Sequence record: SRR31156797_5029
DNA: 20,000 nucleotides
Reading direction: 5' to 3' (one strand)
Made by a program: the position numbers and the translations under genes. The notes beneath the pieces were generated by a model that ran no database searches, was not told where the DNA came from, and worked only from the letters and a program-made list of their open reading frames with translations. Positions 15,355-20,000 of this stretch are shown piece by piece. Each line of letters opens with the position of its first letter. The stretch's first letter is position 1.

Positions 15355-17176
15355 CACCGGCTTTAGATGGATGAAAGTGTTTAAAAACCAGCATTCCTTT
15401 TGATTTCCCGATGGCCTCCTGTAAATCCTCAGATTTGGCTTCTTTTATCTTTTTAACTGATTTGAAAGTGGTCAGCAGTTTTGTTGCTATGGTATCGCCA
15501 ATGCCTTCAATTTCGGTGAGCTCACTTTTGATGGTTCCTTTTTCGTGGCGTTTGCGATAATGTGTGATGCCAAAGCGGTGGGCTTCATCACGCAGGTGCT
15601 GGATGATTTTTAAGGATTCGGATTTTTTATCGAGATGGATGGGTAATGGATCATCCGGAAAATAGAGTTCTTCAAGCCTTTTTGCAATCCCGATGATAGT
15701 TATTGTCCCTCTGAGGTTAAGCTTTTCCAGACTTTTTACTGCAGCCGAAAGTTGTCCTTTCCCGCCATCGATAACAATAAGCTGAGGCAGATCCTGCTTC
15801 TCGTCCAAAAGCCGTTTGTACCGGCGAAAGATCACCTCTTCCATCGAGGCGAAATCATTGGGGCCTTCAACGGTTTTGATGTTGTAGTGGCGGTAGTCTT
15901 TTTTACTGGGTTTGGCATTTTTAAAGCAAACCATGGCTGCCACGGGGTAATCGCCCTGCATATTGGAGTTGTCGAAACACTCGATGTGCCTGGGGAGTTC
16001 CTTCATACGCAAGTCTTTCTGCATGGTGGCCAGGATGCGTTTGGTATGTCTTTCAGGATCAGTAAGTTCAAGTTGCTTACGCTTTTCCATCAGGTAATAT
16101 TTGGCGTTTCGCTCCGAAAGTTCGACCAGGTGCTTCTTATCGCCGATCTTGGGAACCGTGAATGTAACGTCCGGGATGGAAAGTTCGAGGTTGAAGGGAA
16201 CCAGGATCTCTTTCGAACTGCTCTCGAAGCGTTGCCTGATATCTGTAACTGCAAGCGCCAGCAGGTCTTCTGCAGTTTCGTCCAGTTTCTTTTTCATCTC
16301 GATGGTATGTGCCTGAACGATGGCACCATTTATAATCTTCAGGTAATTAACGTATCCGGATTCCTGATCCGTGATGATCGAAAACACATCGACATCATGA
16401 ATTTTTGGGTTAACTACCATGGATTTTGACTGGTATTTTTCCAACAGCTCAATTTTTTCTTTTACTGCCTGTGCCTTTTCAAACTCCATGGCTTCGGCAT
16501 GCCTTTGCATCAAAGCTTTCAACTCCGATAGAACATTCGAAATATTCCCCCTGATGATCTGCCTGATCTCCATCAGTGTTGCGGTATAATCTTCTTCGGT
16601 TTGCAGTCCTTCACAGGGCCCCAGGCAATTTCCAAGGTGATATTCCAGGCATACTTTAAATTTCCCTGCTTCGATGTTTTTCTTACTGAGGTTGTGTTTG
16701 CAGGTGCGGATGTGATACAGTTGCCTGATCAGTCCAAGCAGCGTGTTCATCACCTTCACAGAGGCGTACGGCCCAAAATATTCAGAGCCGTCACGGATGA
16801 CGTTACGTGTTGGGAAAATCCGCGGAAACCGTTCTTTTTTGATGCAAATCCAGGGGAAGGATTTGTCGTCTTTCAGGCTAACATTGTATCGCGGCTGGTA
16901 TTTTTTGATGAGGTTGTTTTCGAGCAACAGGGCATCCAGTTCGGAGTTCACCACAATGTGACAGATGTCGAAAATCTTTTTGACCATCACAGCCGTTTTT
17001 CCGGTAATCCCGGATTCTTTGTTGAAATAGGAAGATACCCTTTTCCTGAGAGATTTGGCTTTGCCGATATAAATGATTTTGTCTTTTTCATCCAGATACT
17101 GGTACACACCGGGTTTGTCAGGCAGGGTCCTGATGATCGGTTCCAGCTTGTCCATATTTGGATTTGATGTGGCCAT
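15332..17176 (-). CDS. uvrC: Excinuclease ABC subunit C
   Basis: GIY-YIG (PGVYQ...IYIGKAKSL), Cys cluster, UVR domain, RNase H-like ECFDNS / IDGGKGQ / RDEAHRF, and HhH. Confidence 0.98.
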   Translation of the reverse strand: MATSNPNMDKLEPIIRTLPDKPGVYQYLDEKDKIIYIGKAKSLRKRVSSYFNKESGITGKTAVMVKKIFDICHIVVNSELDALLLENNLIKKYQPRYNVSLKDDKSFPWICIKKERFPRIFPTRNVIRDGSEYFGPYASVKVMNTLLGLIRQLYHIRTCKHNLSKKNIEAGKFKVCLEYHLGNCLGPCEGLQTEEDYTATLMEIRQIIRGNISNVLSELKALMQRHAEAMEFEKAQAVKEKIELLEKYQSKSMVVNPKIHDVDVFSIITDQESGYVNYLKIINGAIVQAHTIEMKKKLDETAEDLLALAVTDIRQRFESSSKEILVPFNLELSIPDVTFTVPKIGDKKHLVELSERNAKYYLMEKRKQLELTDPERHTKRILATMQKDLRMKELPRHIECFDNSNMQGDYPVAAMVCFKNAKPSKKDYRHYNIKTVEGPNDFASMEEVIFRRYKRLLDEKQDLPQLIVIDGGKGQLSAAVKSLEKLNLRGTITIIGIAKRLEELYFPDDPLPIHLDKKSESLKIIQHLRDEAHRFGITHYRKRHEKGTIKSELTEIEGIGDTIATKLLTTFKSVKKIKEAKSEDLQEAIGKSKGMLVFKHFHPSKAGASGQKSA

Positions 17177-18229
17177 TTATTCCGCTTTTCGCATGTGGTC
17201 CCATCCCTGTGCTTTGATCTCCACCACAGGTCCTGATTTGGTGATCAGGTTGATGCCATTGCTCTTGTGGGTCATGTGCCCGATTACGGTAATATCAGGC
17301 AGGTTTTTCACTTTGTCGTATTCAGAACTTTTGATGGTGAAAAGCAACTCGTAATCCTCGCCGCCATTCAGCGCATACATGGTTGGGTCCATTTTAAAGG
17401 ATCGTGCTGTATCGTAAGTTTTTTGGTCGATGGGGATTTTATCTTCGTAAATGGTTACCCCAAGATCAGAATGTTTGCAGATGTGTTTGACCTCCGAAGC
17501 CAGCCCATCCGAAATATCGATCATCGCTGATGGTTTGATGCCGATCTTGTCCAGCAACTCAACAATATGTTTCCCGGCTTCAGGCTTGAGCTGGCGTTCC
17601 AGAATATAGTCCTGGCCATCCAGGTCGGGTTGCATGTTGGGGTTGGCTTTAAATACGGATTTTTCGCGTTCAAGCACCAGAAGCCCGGCGTATGCTCCTC
17701 CCAAATCTCCTGAAACACAAACCAGATCGCCTTCAAGGGCGGGGCCCCGGTAAACCAGCTTATCTTTTGCTACTGTTCCAATGGCCGTAACCGAAAGGAA
17801 CAATCCACGCAGGCTGCTTGTGGTATCCCCGCCAACAAGGTCAACACCATATTTATCGCAGGCCAGTTGCATGCCGCTGTATAGTTCGTCGAGTGCCTCA
17901 ACCTGGAACCGGCTTGAAATACCAAGGCCCACCAAAACCTGCCTCGCAGTACCGTTCATGGCGTAAATGTCCGACAGGTTAACCGTAATGGCTTTGTAAC
18001 CCAGGTGCTTTAAGGGGTAATAGGTCATATCGAAATGAACTCCTTCGAGTAAAATATCCTTCGTGACGAGCATATAGTTGTCACCGGTATCGATTACTGC
18101 AGTGTCATCACCAACGCCCTGTATGGTTGATTCCTGCTTATTTTTGAGGTTTTGGGTCAGGTGGTCGATCAAACCAAACTCCCCGAGTTCTGAAATGTCT
18201 TTTTGCTTTTTTTCTCTTTTTTCAAACAT
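17177..18229 (-). CDS. thiL: Thiamine-monophosphate kinase
   Basis: LGEFGLI, GDDTAV, EGVHFD, NLSDIYAMNG, GGDTT, IDISDGL and GGEDYELLFT. Start refined to ATG 18229; the stop abuts the uvrC ATG. Confidence 0.96.
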   Translation of the reverse strand: MFEKREKKQKDISELGEFGLIDHLTQNLKNKQESTIQGVGDDTAVIDTGDNYMLVTKDILLEGVHFDMTYYPLKHLGYKAITVNLSDIYAMNGTARQVLVGLGISSRFQVEALDELYSGMQLACDKYGVDLVGGDTTSSLRGLFLSVTAIGTVAKDKLVYRGPALEGDLVCVSGDLGGAYAGLLVLEREKSVFKANPNMQPDLDGQDYILERQLKPEAGKHIVELLDKIGIKPSAMIDISDGLASEVKHICKHSDLGVTIYEDKIPIDQKTYDTARSFKMDPTMYALNGGEDYELLFTIKSSEYDKVKNLPDITVIGHMTHKSNGINLITKSGPVVEIKAQGWDHMRKAE

Positions 18230-18253
18230 ACTGTCGGTTAAAAAAATGAGCTG

Positions 18254-18261
18254 CAAAATTA
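18254..18261 (-). promoter_or_regulatory. -7 promoter element (TAATTTTG) for thiL-uvrC
   Basis: Reverse complement of caaaatta, 24 nt upstream of the ATG at 18229. Confidence 0.65.
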
Positions 18262-18423
18262 GGTATAAATTGTAACCTCATCTATCTGGTAAGTTGAACG
18301 CTTTTCTAAATAGTGTTTTTGCTGAACTTAATGCGTTTGATTGTGTTGAAATCATGTCGCTGAAATCCTGTTTTCAAATTATTACAGCAATTGTAAATAG
18401 GTATTTGAGTGCTTAAAATTATG

Positions 18424-18431
18424 TAGTTTTG
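18424..18431 (+). promoter_or_regulatory. -7 promoter element (TAGTTTTG) for sufB
   Basis: TAnnTTTG match about 50 nt upstream of sufB, with a tttg at approximately the -33 spacing (gtatttgag, 18401-18409). Confidence 0.65.
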
Positions 18432-18482
18432 CAAGCCTTTTCGGCAAACGTTGCTAAAACTTTTTAAATACTAAGTTGAATC

Positions 18483-19931
18483 ATGGCAGAAGACGAAAAT
18501 GTATTGATTGACAATGTCACTAAAGGTGAATATAAATATGGTTTTTACACGGATATTGAGATGGATACAGCCCCGAAAGGGCTGAGCGAGGATATTATCC
18601 GTTTTATTTCAGCAAAAAAGAAAGAACCGGAATGGCTCCTTGAGTTTCGTTTAAAAGCTTATCGACACTGGCTTACCATCAAAGAGCCGGAATGGGCACA
18701 CCTCAAACATCCACCCATCGATTATCAGGGCATTATCTACTACGCTGCTCCAAAAAAGAAAAAGGAACTGAGTAGTCTGGATGAAGTAGATCCCGAATTG
18801 CTGGATACATTTAATAAACTGGGAATATCACTCGAAGAACAGAAGCGACTTTCAGGTGTGGCTGTGGACGCTGTAATTGATAGTGTTTCTGTTAAAACAA
18901 CTTTTACCGAAACCCTCGAAAAACTTGGGATTGTTTTCATGTCGTTCAGTGAGGCAGTGCAAAAGCATCCCGAACTGGTAAGGAAATATATGGGTTCTGT
19001 GGTGCCTTACACCGATAATTATTTTGCAGCACTTAATTCAGCCGTTTTTACTGATGGCTCATTTTGTTACATCCCGAAAGGTGTTCGCTGTCCTGTGGAG
19101 CTGTCAACCTATTTCAGGATCAATGCGGCAAATACCGGCCAGTTTGAGCGTACGCTGATTGTTGCTGATGAGGAAAGTTATGTGAGCTACCTGGAAGGTT
19201 GCACTGCCCCGCAACGCGACGAAAACCAGCTACATGCTGCCATCGTGGAAATTATTGCCCTGAAAGATGCCGAAGTCAAATATTCAACTGTTCAAAACTG
19301 GTATCCCGGAAACTCAAAAGGCCAGGGGGGTGTTTATAATTTCGTGACCAAACGTGGCATGTGCCGGGGCGCCAATTCAAAAATTTCATGGACCCAGGTG
19401 GAAACCGGATCGGCCATCACATGGAAATATCCCAGCTGCATATTGATGGGCGATAACTCAGTGGGTGAATTTTATTCGGTTGCTGTAACAAATAACCACC
19501 AGCAGGCCGATACAGGATCGAAAATGATCCACCTCGGAAAGAATACCAAAAGCACGATTATCTCCAAGGGTATCTCTGCCGGCTACAGTAACAACAGTTA
19601 CCGGGGCTTGGTCAGGATGTCGAGAAGGGCTGAAAATTCGCGGAACTTCTCCCAGTGCGATTCTTTGCTGCTTGGCGATAAATGTGGTGCACATACGTAC
19701 CCTTACATCCATAACGAGAATAAATCATCCATTGTGGAGCATGAGGCCACAACTTCTAAAATTTCGGAAGACCAGTTGTTTTATTGTCTCCAGCGGGGAA
19801 TCAGCGAAGAAAACGCCATCGGGCTAATTGTAAACGGTTATGCCAAAGAGGTGCTCAAAAAACTGCCTATGGAATTTGCCGTGGAAGCGCAAAAATTACT
19901 CACCATCAGCCTTGAAGGGAGTGTGGGGTAG
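18483..19931 (+). CDS. sufB: Fe-S cluster assembly protein SufB
   Basis: [44 protein letters not shown] and LEGSVG. Confidence 0.98.
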   Translation: MAEDENVLIDNVTKGEYKYGFYTDIEMDTAPKGLSEDIIRFISAKKKEPEWLLEFRLKAYRHWLTIKEPEWAHLKHPPIDYQGIIYYAAPKKKKELSSLDEVDPELLDTFNKLGISLEEQKRLSGVAVDAVIDSVSVKTTFTETLEKLGIVFMSFSEAVQKHPELVRKYMGSVVPYTDNYFAALNSAVFTDGSFCYIPKGVRCPVELSTYFRINAANTGQFERTLIVADEESYVSYLEGCTAPQRDENQLHAAIVEIIALKDAEVKYSTVQNWYPGNSKGQGGVYNFVTKRGMCRGANSKISWTQVETGSAITWKYPSCILMGDNSVGEFYSVAVTNNHQQADTGSKMIHLGKNTKSTIISKGISAGYSNNSYRGLVRMSRRAENSRNFSQCDSLLLGDKCGAHTYPYIHNENKSSIVEHEATTSKISEDQLFYCLQRGISEENAIGLIVNGYAKEVLKKLPMEFAVEAQKLLTISLEGSVG

Positions 19932-20000
19932 GGAGAGTAGGAAGTAGGAAGTAGGAAGTAAGCAGTAGGAAGTAGGAAGTAGGCAGTAGGAAGTAGGCAG
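19932..20000 (+). repeat. Heptamer tandem repeat (AGGAAGT/AGGCAGT)n, truncated by the window end
   Basis: ggagagt aggaagt aggaagt aggaagt aagcagt aggaagt aggaagt aggcagt aggaagt aggcag, starting immediately after the sufB stop. Confidence 0.92.

Noticed and set aside
15752-17167. Long + strand ORFs of 225 and 188 aa
   Set aside because: They lie entirely antisense to uvrC and are typical shadow ORFs with no motifs.
18262-18482. TPP riboswitch upstream of thiL, or a Fur/IscR box upstream of sufB
   Set aside because: No TPP core motif is present, the thiL leader is very short, and only weak AT-rich symmetry is seen.

Overview
A 20-kb chromosomal window from a Bacteroidota bacterium, probably Bacteroidales-like. 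Support for that assignment: repeated TAnnTTTG -7 promoter boxes, a T9SS-sorted protein, and A-rich starts without Shine-Dalgarno sequences. Most of it is housekeeping and envelope genes: a truncated NamZ/DUF1343 muramidase missing from the ORF track, LolE-like and MacB-like ABC permeases, a lipid A acyltransferase, upp, a FemAB/GNAT-like protein, wecB, a saccharopine/lysine dehydrogenase, uvrC, thiL and sufB. The middle (about 8.8-15.4 kb) looks accessory. It holds an Xre/MbcA-RES toxin-antitoxin pair, a T9SS-secreted DNase I-like EEP protein, an AAA_14/DUF4143 ATPase, a CYTH protein, a DUF4342-like protein and an unusual NCS2 permease. The most interesting observations are: (1) the NCS2 permease has a rewired substrate site and is fused to a degenerate RsbW/anti-sigma-like HATPase domain, so it is a candidate transceptor; (2) a 32-bp palindrome with extra half-sites sits over the ATPase promoter, inside a palindrome-rich 463-bp divergent spacer; (3) several strand-polarised degenerate 7/8-mer tandem arrays lie just downstream of stop codons, two with small REP-like hairpins. 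I found no CRISPR array, rRNA, tRNA, transposase or integrase. All family calls come from motif recognition by eye, not database searches.
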